A DNA stretch of 64,000 nucleotides, taken from positions 162,811-226,810 of the forward strand of contig CAWKJD010000003.1 in assembly GCA_963849945.1 (NCBI GenBank), given 5' to 3'. This document shows positions 56,002 to 64,000 of this stretch, in pieces (the stretch's first letter is position 1; each line of letters opens with the position of its first letter). Position numbers and translations under genes: made by a program. The DNA is from an uncultured Bacteroidales bacterium (GTDB lineage Bacteria; Bacteroidota; Bacteroidia; Bacteroidales; VadinHA17). Under the pieces are notes generated by a model. The model saw only the letters and a program-made list of their open reading frames with translations, was not told where the DNA came from and made no database searches.

Positions 56002-58040
56002 AATGCTTTTTCGACTCCTGCCCTTGTATTGTGAAAGGCTGCTCCATGGCCCATATCCGTTTCTGCTGGTGTGATAAGGGCGTTCACTCCTCCCCCTTCG
56101 TTAAGCCAGACACCGTTTGGAAAGACAATGCTGCCGCTGCGTACCCGTGCTGTGATTTTCACTTTTCCCCTGACCACGTCGTTGGAATTGAAAACCCTTA
56201 TAAAGTCCCCATTCTTTAAGCCCAGCTTACGGGCGTCAGCAACGGAGATCTCCCACGCAGGCTGATCCGTTACGCTTCGTATTATCTCAAGGTTACCGAA
56301 CTGTGAATGAATGCGGGAAGCATCACATGGCGTCATAAGCCTGAAAGGCAGATGCGCATCCTTGAAATCGTCAGGAGGATCATAAGCAGGCAGCGGAGAG
56401 ACTCCCCACAGCTTAACAGCAGTGTCGGACCACAGTTCTATCTTTCCGGACTCGGTGCTGAATTTCCTGTCACTGTAAGCCAGCTCTTCTGTCTGCTGAG
56501 GAATACGGGGAGCCTCTTTCAACTGTTGGAGGGAGCAGCCGTCGGTATCTCCAACGCGATCAGAAAGCCATTTGTTATATTCCTGAGGTGCAGGTATGCC
56601 GGAGGTTCCGGTGACATTCAATCCCATCTTGCCGGCAAGACGGAAATAGATCTCGCTTTCCGGCATTACTTCACCCGGACAGTCAATCAAAGCAGGTTTG
56701 TACTGCACATAAGGATTCCAGTAAGAGCTTATAACATCAGCCTGTTCAAACATTCCCTTTGCCGGAAGTATGATATCAGCCAGGGCAGCGGTATCTGTCA
56801 GGAACTGGTCAATGACCACTTTGAAAGGAATTGCTTTCAAAGCCCTGATCACTTCGCTGCTGCCGGGGAGCTGTGTGACAGGATTACCTCTTTCGATCCA
56901 TGCCACCTCGATACCAGGATCCTTAAGAGCAAAGAAATCTTTTGCGAACGTGGCTATTGACAAAGCTCTCCTGAAAGGCTTATCCTGCTCATCATCGGGA
57001 TAGTAGCTCAGTGGTTCACTGGTCTTGTCAAATATATAGCTCTGCAGGTTGGCAAAGCTGAAGCCACATCCTTCCCGGCCGATCTTCCCGGTGATGACAG
57101 GGATAGCAAGCAACGAGCGAATAGTCTGACCGCCGTTAGTGTACCTCTGCAGGCCATAACCAGCTACTATGGTCACCCTCTCTGTCTGCCCGATCATAAC
57201 CGCAAGCTCTTCTATCATGCTGGCCGGAATGCCCGTGATCTTTTCAGCTTCAGCCGGAGTAATTTTAAGAGAAGCTGCAAACTTCTCATAACCGGAGACA
57301 TACTTCTTTATGAAGTCTGTGTCAGTCAATCCCCTTTCAATTATCACCTTTGCGATCGCTAGGGCCAGGGCGGCATCCGTTCCGGGTTTCGGGCTTAACA
57401 AAATGTCTGCCTTATCGGCAGTAGGTGTCCTTCGCGGATCAATGACAATCACTTTTGCGCCGTTTTTCCTTGCCCTGTCAACAAAGATCATCTCCTGAAC
57501 ATTTGTTTCAGCAGAGTTTTTTCCCCAGATGATCACCAGCTGAGCATTGGCTAGATCCCATGGCACATTATGTTTTACCTCACCCAGTGTCAGCCTCACT
57601 GCTTCGAGTCCGGCCGGCCAGCAAAGATTTCCGTAAGTGGTTGTTGCACCGCCGAAAAGTTTCCAGAAATTCACGGAGATATCGTTGCTTAAACCAGAGT
57701 ATCCGCTTCCCTTATAAAAGAGAACTGAATGAGGACCGTAATTCGTCCTGGCATTAATCAGTTTTTCAGAGATGGTGTCCAGTGCCTCTTCGCGGCTTAT
57801 ACGTATAAAAGTGCCGTCGATACCACGCTTAAGAGGATAAAGTATCCGGTTTGGTGAGAATTCGCGTTCAATATATGAGAGGCCCTTGATACACGGTCCT
57901 TCAGGGGTTGCCAGGTTGCCTTTGTAAGGCAGGATGCGCTTTACCTTCCCCTCTTCGGTGAATACCCTGAATGAACAGGTGCTGTAACAGTTACGCGGAC
58001 AAACAGTGACAAATTCCTTCATCAGGGAACAACTTTTCAA
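55998..58040 (-). CDS. molybdopterin (bis-MGD) oxidoreductase catalytic subunit without a Tat signal
   Basis: 680-aa ORF; N-terminal CPRNCYSTC FeS0 motif right at the start (no RRxF leader), molybdopterin-binding and C-terminal beta-barrel domains; ATGA overlap with the FeS gene. Confidence 0.8.
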   Translation of the reverse strand: MKSCSLMKEFVTVCPRNCYSTCSFRVFTEEGKVKRILPYKGNLATPEGPCIKGLSYIEREFSPNRILYPLKRGIDGTFIRISREEALDTISEKLINARTNYGPHSVLFYKGSGYSGLSNDISVNFWKLFGGATTTYGNLCWPAGLEAVRLTLGEVKHNVPWDLANAQLVIIWGKNSAETNVQEMIFVDRARKNGAKVIVIDPRRTPTADKADILLSPKPGTDAALALAIAKVIIERGLTDTDFIKKYVSGYEKFAASLKITPAEAEKITGIPASMIEELAVMIGQTERVTIVAGYGLQRYTNGGQTIRSLLAIPVITGKIGREGCGFSFANLQSYIFDKTSEPLSYYPDDEQDKPFRRALSIATFAKDFFALKDPGIEVAWIERGNPVTQLPGSSEVIRALKAIPFKVVIDQFLTDTAALADIILPAKGMFEQADVISSYWNPYVQYKPALIDCPGEVMPESEIYFRLAGKMGLNVTGTSGIPAPQEYNKWLSDRVGDTDGCSLQQLKEAPRIPQQTEELAYSDRKFSTESGKIELWSDTAVKLWGVSPLPAYDPPDDFKDAHLPFRLMTPCDASRIHSQFGNLEIIRSVTDQPAWEISVADARKLGLKNGDFIRVFNSNDVVRGKVKITARVRSGSIVFPNGVWLNEGGGVNALITPAETDMGHGAAFHNTRAGVEKAL

Positions 58041-58096
58041 TAGTGGAACCGGTGTGTAAAATCAGGAAGAAAAGGTACAAAAAATGTGTTAGCCGG

Positions 58097-58855
58097 CTAA
58101 ATTTTTTCCATGCAATCGCCTCTTATCCATCCCTTATTGCCGTCAGGCAGCTGTACATTAAGGTAATCGCCGAGTTCTTCTTCAATTTTTACGGTCGTTC
58201 CGGAATGAATGACAAAAAGCTCGCTGCCGCTTTCGCCCGGTTCGCTTCTGCCGGTTGCAATGCTGCATGTGACAATAGCCCTGCTGTTATGATTTATGAG
58301 AGAGTTATTTCGGACAGCCAGTGAAACAAGGAGTACTGAAAATACAAGGGCAATAACGGAAACCCAGAATGAAAGAAGCCTGCCGCCTGACCTGGCTTTT
58401 GTCAGAAAGACCACTGCAAACACCAGCGAAGTGATGAAAAGCAGCAGAGAGGCGATAGCCCATGTATTTGTTTTAGTCAGCAGCGAAAGGAAATCAAACC
58501 ATCTCACAAAAAACAACTGGGGGACGGTTTCAAACTTATCGCTGATTCGGCTTCGTGCGATCTGGAGGTTATAGCTGATATCCTCATCTGCTGGAGAAAT
58601 AAGCCTGGCGCGTTCATAAAAGAGTATGGCAGAGGCATTGTCTCCGGACTTGAAGAAAGCGTTCCCGGCATTGTACAGCAGGTCTTCACTCCTGTACCCG
58701 TCGTCGTAAAGCTTCCTGTAAACAGCAGCAGCACCGGAGTAATCGCCTGAGCTGTAAAGTTTTCCTGCTTCGGCATACTTCTCATCAGGCGTTTGAGCCG
58801 CTGTCTCCAGCAGGCAGATGATCAATAGTGTGCAAATAATAATAATTCTCCTCAT
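58097..58855 (-). CDS. batE: BatE-like protein (TPR plus C-terminal SH3b)
   Basis: 252-aa ORF; signal peptide, TPR repeats, 2 TM, C-terminal SH3-like (GDYLNVQLPDGNKGWI); last gene of a Bat-type operon. Confidence 0.7.
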   Translation of the reverse strand: MRRIIIICTLLIICLLETAAQTPDEKYAEAGKLYSSGDYSGAAAVYRKLYDDGYRSEDLLYNAGNAFFKSGDNASAILFYERARLISPADEDISYNLQIARSRISDKFETVPQLFFVRWFDFLSLLTKTNTWAIASLLLFITSLVFAVVFLTKARSGGRLLSFWVSVIALVFSVLLVSLAVRNNSLINHNSRAIVTCSIATGRSEPGESGSELFVIHSGTTVKIEEELGDYLNVQLPDGNKGWIRGDCMEKI

Positions 58856-58867
58856 CTGCTGTGTGTT

Positions 58868-60700
58868 TTAGTCCAGTACATTATCCAGTTTTCCGATCAG
58901 GGCAGATGTTCTCCTGTACAAGCCGTCTGGGCTCTCTCCTTCCGCCGAGCGTGAATAGCGTGAAAACTCAGTAGCAGAAAGGACAAGATCAAGTTCAGTG
59001 ATAAGTTCCTCTTCCACATTATGTGACCTGAGGGCGGTGTAGCACTTGTCTTTTGTGAGGTCTGACAGCGGAATAGCCAGTTTATCACCCAGGTATCCCC
59101 AGAGAGCTCCTGCCAGCTCGGCATTAACCATCTCCGGTTTACCGGCATCAAGATGCGAACGGGCTTTTGAAAGTCTTTTACGGGCATTCTTTGAAGCCCT
59201 GCGATTTCGCAGTCCTGTTATATCGGCATTGCGTTTCAGCTTCTCGCGCCTCAGCAGCAGAACCGTAGCAGTCAGAAACAGCGCAAGGACGAACCAGAGC
59301 CAGTAGTATGTTTTGGACACCAGAGGTGAAGCCACGAGCTCAAGCCTGCTCCTTCCATTCCTTATAAACCTGATATCCTGTCCGAGATATTTGACATCTC
59401 CGCCGGGGGTATAGACAGGAGCTGTGGTTTCTCCTGTACCGGTAGTACCCGTTACCTTTATCGTATATCCCTTTGCACGAAGCGTAACGTATTTTTCTTT
59501 TTCGGCATCGAAGACTGTATATGAAACAGGAGGAAGGTCAAAGGTGCCTGTATTCCGCGGTATGAGAAGAAACTCAAATGTTTTCGTGCCTGAAGCCGTG
59601 CCTGAGCTTTTGACCGTCACTTTCGGGTCATATTTTTCAATTCCCTGAGGGAAATTGATGACCGGTTCTCCGGCGAGGTTAAGATTTCCGGTACCACTGA
59701 GCGTTAAAGTATAAGTAACTGCATCATTAACTTCGATATCTGTCTTTGAGAGCGAGGAAGACAGCTCAAAAGTTCCTACTGCACCGTGAAAGTCGGCTGG
59801 CTTAGGTTCCGGGAGAGGCCTGACCCTTATGACCGCCGGCTGTGTTGAGACCATGCGTGGCACGGTGGTTACGCTGTTAAAGAAATTGTCAAAGAAGGGA
59901 TCATTGAAAAAGTTATCATTGACGTTGTTACGCTCCTGGACAAGGGCAGTGATCTGCACGGGATCGATGCGTATTTCGCCGGAGACCTGAGGATAAAGGA
60001 CAAACCGCTGCAATACACCGGTGCCATACTGAACGCCATCAATAACCTCAGACTCCAGGTTTGTCAACTGTGGCGTCTCAATATCTTCACGAAGAAATCC
60101 CTTGAAATCAGGATACTTCAGGTCGTTAATACCTGAAAGATTAATGCGGGTAAAGAGCTTGAGCGTTACCGTGACGGGCTGACCTACATATACCTCTCTT
60201 GTACCGAGAAGCAGACGCAGAGATATTTCCGAGCCTGCTGCCGGGGCTTGCTTCCCCTGCTGAGTGCTTTGTGTGCCTTGTGTACTCTGTGCCGGTGCGG
60301 CACCCTCGCTTGTAATCTCTATCTCCGCAGGCAGGGAGCTGACTGTAATTTTTTTTGTTTCATACCGGGCAGAAGGAATTGTATACCTGCCGGGCGTTGA
60401 AGCGGTTACATAATAGACAAGCGTGGTTGTCGATACAGAAGATACCTCTCCGTTGATCCACTGTACATTATGGCTCGATGACGACTGCGGGCCTGAAACA
60501 GTGAATGACGGGTCAAAAACAGGAGGCTGAAACCGGCCGTCGGTTGAATTGACGGTATAGACTATCCTGAATCGTTCACCGGCAACTGCACTCCCCGGCG
60601 CGTCAACTTTAAGGGTAATCTCCTGAGCAGCAAGAGTGAGTGCCGTCAGCAGATAAACCATAGTCAGCAAAAAGCTTTTCATTGCCGCCAAAATTACCAA
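58868..60700 (-). CDS. batD: BatD-like oxygen-tolerance protein
   Basis: 610-aa ORF; signal peptide, large beta-rich ectodomain, single TM near residue 455, cytoplasmic helical tail; operon position. Confidence 0.7.
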   Translation of the reverse strand: MVILAAMKSFLLTMVYLLTALTLAAQEITLKVDAPGSAVAGERFRIVYTVNSTDGRFQPPVFDPSFTVSGPQSSSSHNVQWINGEVSSVSTTTLVYYVTASTPGRYTIPSARYETKKITVSSLPAEIEITSEGAAPAQSTQGTQSTQQGKQAPAAGSEISLRLLLGTREVYVGQPVTVTLKLFTRINLSGINDLKYPDFKGFLREDIETPQLTNLESEVIDGVQYGTGVLQRFVLYPQVSGEIRIDPVQITALVQERNNVNDNFFNDPFFDNFFNSVTTVPRMVSTQPAVIRVRPLPEPKPADFHGAVGTFELSSSLSKTDIEVNDAVTYTLTLSGTGNLNLAGEPVINFPQGIEKYDPKVTVKSSGTASGTKTFEFLLIPRNTGTFDLPPVSYTVFDAEKEKYVTLRAKGYTIKVTGTTGTGETTAPVYTPGGDVKYLGQDIRFIRNGRSRLELVASPLVSKTYYWLWFVLALFLTATVLLLRREKLKRNADITGLRNRRASKNARKRLSKARSHLDAGKPEMVNAELAGALWGYLGDKLAIPLSDLTKDKCYTALRSHNVEEELITELDLVLSATEFSRYSRSAEGESPDGLYRRTSALIGKLDNVLD

Positions 60701-61428
60701 TTTTTAATAACCTTTACTTTGACCCTCGCAGCTTTGTCTTTCTGCACTTTTTCCTGTGTATCCTTTTCGTTAGCCGCAAGAGCATCCAGCAGGCGCTTTG
60801 CATCTTCGCGGCTTATAGAAGGCTGTTGCTGATCCTGCCCCTTCTGATTTTGCTGATCCTGCTGCTGCTGCTGCTGATTCTGTTGATCATCCTTCTGTTT
60901 CTGGTTATCTTTATTCTCATCCTTCTTGTTTTCGTCCTGCTTCTGGTCTTTCTTCTGATCCTGTTTCTGCTGTTGTTCCTGTTTCTTCAGCTGATCCTGG
61001 GCATAAGCAAGATTATACTTTGCCTCAACATTACCGGGATCGAGCTTAAGCGAATTAATGTAAGCCTTTATGCTTTCATCAAACTTCTGGTCTTTCAATA
61101 ACGAATTCCCGAGGTTATAAAAACTTTGTGCCTGCTTCATCGAATCTGCCTCACTGCCTTGGGATGTCCTCATAAATTCATTTGCAGCCTCGCTGAACCT
61201 GCCCTGTTTATAAAGTGCATCGCCAAGGTTAAAGCCCGAATCGTATGTCGATCTTTCCTGTGCCTGTGCACGGCGGTACATTCCCTCGCTCCCGGTATAC
61301 TCGCTCTTTTTGTACAACCTGTTACCCTTTCTTATGTACTCTTTCTCCTGCTGTCCCATTAAAGTGGAATGCAGCAGTAACAGGCATGCTGCAGTGAAAA
61401 CAATTTTATTTATGCTCAATACTGTCAT
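60694..61428 (-). CDS. batC: BatC-like TPR protein with Q/K/D-rich low-complexity tail
   Basis: 244-aa ORF; TPR repeats then KKQEQQQKQDQKKDQKQDENKKDEN...QQQQQQDQQNQKGQDQQQ. Confidence 0.7.
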   Translation of the reverse strand: MTVLSINKIVFTAACLLLLHSTLMGQQEKEYIRKGNRLYKKSEYTGSEGMYRRAQAQERSTYDSGFNLGDALYKQGRFSEAANEFMRTSQGSEADSMKQAQSFYNLGNSLLKDQKFDESIKAYINSLKLDPGNVEAKYNLAYAQDQLKKQEQQQKQDQKKDQKQDENKKDENKDNQKQKDDQQNQQQQQQDQQNQKGQDQQQPSISREDAKRLLDALAANEKDTQEKVQKDKAARVKVKVIKNW

Positions 61429-62480
61429 GACCGTTGATTTTTTACCCGGGCTTCAATTATTCCCAATCGTCTCAATATATGATTATTACGATCAGTAAGC
61501 AAGACATCCAGAACCAGCAGAATGAACATAATAGCAGCCGGTATCAGGAACTGATCATTATATTCAGTGTACATAACAGTGTCGGCCTCCGACTTCTTCA
61601 TGCGGCCAATATCATTATAGATCTCATTTAGACCCAGGCTTGTGTTGTTTGCTCTTACATACCTTCCTCCGGTTGCTGAAGCTATTTCCTGCAGTCCCTT
61701 CTCATCGAGTTTTGATATCACAGTATTTCCATCCCGGTCTTTCAGATAATCGCTACCGCTGCCGGCTTTCAACGGGATTGGAGATCCGTCAGGTGAACCG
61801 ATACCTATAGTGTGTATCACAATTCCTTTTTCGGCAGCAGCCCTGGCAGCTTCCATGGCATTGTCCTCATGGTTTTCACCGTCAGTGATTATTATCAGTG
61901 CCCTGCTTTTATCGCTTTCCGGTGAGAATGATCTGATACCAAGATTAATAGCTGCTCCGATAGCTGTACCCTGTTTTGAAATGGCATCCGGTCCTGCTGA
62001 TTCCAGAAACATCTTTGCCGAGAGGTAGTCATTGGTGACAGGAATCTGTGTATATGCATCACCTGCGAAAAGAATAAGCCCGATCCTGTCATCCCGCAGC
62101 TGGTCGACGAGTTGTGCTATAGCCTGTTTGGCCCTTTCCAGTCTTGAAGGGGTGATATCTGTCGCCAGCATCGAGTTGCTGACGTCAAGGGCGATTATGA
62201 CCTCGACCCCCTCACGTTTGACCTGCTCGAGCCTTGATCCGAACTGCGGTCTGGCGACTGCAAGCACGGCAAAGACCAGAGCCAGCAATCTTAAGAAGAA
62301 CTTAACCGTCAGCCTGCCTGGTGAATAGTCAGGCGACAGTCTCTTCACAAGCTCAGGTTCGCCAAAGCGCTCCCGTGCAGCCCTTCTTCTCCTGTTCCCC
62401 ATGATCCATATTATAATGAGCACCGGTACCAGGAGGAGCAGGTAGAGCATATCAGGCTGAGCAAATCTGAACGTTTCCAT
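61425..62480 (-). CDS. batB: BatB-like von Willebrand factor A protein
   Basis: 351-aa ORF; 2 N-terminal TM, VWA domain with MIDAS (ALDVSNSM), C-terminal TM. Confidence 0.8.
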   Translation of the reverse strand: METFRFAQPDMLYLLLLVPVLIIIWIMGNRRRRAARERFGEPELVKRLSPDYSPGRLTVKFFLRLLALVFAVLAVARPQFGSRLEQVKREGVEVIIALDVSNSMLATDITPSRLERAKQAIAQLVDQLRDDRIGLILFAGDAYTQIPVTNDYLSAKMFLESAGPDAISKQGTAIGAAINLGIRSFSPESDKSRALIIITDGENHEDNAMEAARAAAEKGIVIHTIGIGSPDGSPIPLKAGSGSDYLKDRDGNTVISKLDEKGLQEIASATGGRYVRANNTSLGLNEIYNDIGRMKKSEADTVMYTEYNDQFLIPAAIMFILLVLDVLLTDRNNHILRRLGIIEARVKNQRS

Positions 62481-62487
62481 CGCTACA

Positions 62488-63480
62488 CTATGACAAGTTT
62501 CTCATAAACAGATACCTGAGAAGCAACTCAAGACAAAGTATAATGGCAGCAGCCAGAGCCCATGGCATGAATACTTCCTCACGCTTGCTGTGTTCCCTTG
62601 TTTCTATTTTTGATTTTTCGAGTTTATCTATTTCACTGTACACCTTCACCAGGCTTGTGTTGTCGACAGCCCTGAAATATTGTCCTCCGGTGAGGTCAGC
62701 AATCTTTCTGAGGAGCGCCTCGTCAATCTCGACCTGCATTTTCTGGTACTGAATGCCGAAAGGGGTCTGGACGGGGTAATCTGCATATCCCATGCTTCCT
62801 ACGCCGATGGTATATACCCTGATGCCGAATGTCTTTGCTATCTCAGCGGCAGTTACAGGGTCGATAGACCCCCTGTTGTTAACCCCGTCAGTCAGCAGGA
62901 TTATAACTTTGCTTATGGCATCAGAATCTTTTATCCTGTTGATGGCAGTTGCCAGGCCCACTCCGATTGCCGTGCCGTCTTCAATGATGCCGCTTTTCAC
63001 TTCCCTGAGAAGGTTGATCAGCACTGCATGATCAGTCGTCAGCGGGCACTCTGTGAAACTCTCCCCGCTGAATACCGTCAGTCCGATACGGTCATAAGGC
63101 CTTCCGCTGATAAACTCAGTAGCCACATTTTTGGAAGCTTCGAGCCTGTCGGGACTGAAGTCCCGCGCAAGCATGCTGCCTGAAACATCCAGAGCCATTA
63201 CTATATCTATACCCTCAGTGGTTGAGCTCTGCCATTTGTCAACGTTCTGCGGGCGTGCGATCACAATAATTACGAGAGCAATTACCGCCAGCCTCATAGC
63301 AAAAAGAAAATGACGGAGCCAGTGACGGAAGGTCTTCCTTCCACCCTGTAAGAAACTGGCCGTGGAGAGCTTTATGGCAGCATGAGACTTGCCCTGGCGA
63401 TATATATAGTACGCCAGAAGGAGAGGTATAATAAGGAGGAACCAGAGAAACCATCCATTCTCAAAGACGATGTTATGCAT
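62488..63480 (-). CDS. batA: BatA-like von Willebrand factor A protein
   Basis: 330-aa ORF; 2 N-terminal TM, VWA domain with MIDAS (ALDVSGSM), C-terminal TM. Confidence 0.8.
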   Translation of the reverse strand: MHNIVFENGWFLWFLLIIPLLLAYYIYRQGKSHAAIKLSTASFLQGGRKTFRHWLRHFLFAMRLAVIALVIIVIARPQNVDKWQSSTTEGIDIVMALDVSGSMLARDFSPDRLEASKNVATEFISGRPYDRIGLTVFSGESFTECPLTTDHAVLINLLREVKSGIIEDGTAIGVGLATAINRIKDSDAISKVIILLTDGVNNRGSIDPVTAAEIAKTFGIRVYTIGVGSMGYADYPVQTPFGIQYQKMQVEIDEALLRKIADLTGGQYFRAVDNTSLVKVYSEIDKLEKSKIETREHSKREEVFMPWALAAAIILCLELLLRYLFMRNLS

Positions 63481-63988
63481 CCTTCCCTCCTTTCCCGTTG
63501 CTGTTCTGCGAAGCAGTCACTTCCGGCTCACGTGTCAGCTCTACAAACCTGAATGCGTCTTCAATTGACTTCTCATGTATTTCGCTCTGCGGCAAATATT
63601 TGGCAAACTTCACCATATCTGAAAGCGACAGAAGCTCCCTGACCAGTGACATCTCATCATGAGTTGTCACCGCTGCCTTCTGAAGCATTCTTACAGTCTC
63701 GTCTGTAGTCATCTCCGGAGACATTATGCCATAACGGTTATCAATATATCTTCGTAAAGTATCCGACAACCTCGAGTAAAATTCCTTCACTTCACCTTTC
63801 TGCCAGAGCTCTTCGTCCCTGAGGCGGTTCAGTTCGCGCAATGCGATGACATGCGCTGGCTCACGCGGAGCCGGAGGCCTGATAAATCTCTTCAGGGGAT
63901 TTCTTGGCAGAAATCTTGCCAGCAGGTAAATGACTGCTGCAGCTATTAAAGCTATTACAAGCCACGGAAGGATATCCCTGAAGGTCAA
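63473..63988 (-). CDS. DUF4381-like membrane protein preceding batA
   Basis: 171-aa ORF; one N-terminal TM; 8-nt overlap with batA; typical position in MoxR-DUF58-DUF4381-BatABCDE operons (the upstream part lies outside the window). Confidence 0.6.
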   Translation of the reverse strand: MTFRDILPWLVIALIAAAVIYLLARFLPRNPLKRFIRPPAPREPAHVIALRELNRLRDEELWQKGEVKEFYSRLSDTLRRYIDNRYGIMSPEMTTDETVRMLQKAAVTTHDEMSLVRELLSLSDMVKFAKYLPQSEIHEKSIEDAFRFVELTREPEVTASQNSNGKGGKDA

Positions 63989-64000
63989 TGCTGCGGTGCG

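Noticed and set aside
60682-61101. 139-aa Leu/Ile-rich ORF that looks like a multi-TM peptide
   Set aside because: It is the antisense reading of the CAG/AAG-rich low-complexity (Q/K/D) tail of batC, so the hydrophobic repeat is a compositional artefact.

Overview
This 64-kb chromosomal window looks like a Bacteroidota genome. The taxon call is an inference from rpmB-rpmG-DUF4295-ftsY-rimO synteny, a BatA-E aerotolerance operon and TAnnTTTG-type -7 boxes. Most of it is housekeeping: a relA-like RSH, gyrA, clpC, cinA, mnmE, sucD, fabG, ung and aromatic amino-acid genes. I saw no rRNA, CRISPR array, transposase or integrase.

Items worth a second look:
1. A tightly packed operon of lysine 2,3-aminomutase (kamA), two D-Ala-D-Ala-ligase-like ATP-grasp enzymes and a GNAT. 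No beta-lysine pathway I know explains this combination.
2. An unannotated 23-codon Tyr/Phe-rich leader peptide plus intrinsic terminator upstream of the aminotransferase-tyrA-DAHP synthase/CM-aroA operon. This is a candidate attenuator.
3. A decayed, AT-rich islet of about 2.1 kb next to tRNA-Gly, bounded by an 18-nt direct repeat of the tRNA 3' end. It carries two paralogous small proteins ending in IWQPP, a Cys-rich mini-lipoprotein and ion-transporter remnants.
4. A LexA-like repressor divergent from a dinB-dnaE2 cassette, with twin TGATTA-N5-TAATCA palindromes. The repressor gene is bracketed by nested inverted repeats built from tandem 7-8-mers, including a perfect 23-bp pair.
5. A Tat-less molybdopterin oxidoreductase, an FeS/membrane-anchor fusion and a PLP enzyme in one apparent operon.
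6. VTC-DUF4956-DUF2490 and beta-barrel/MMPL/LolA-like clusters.

Three apparent frameshifts all sit in homopolymer runs. They may be assembly errors rather than real pseudogenes.
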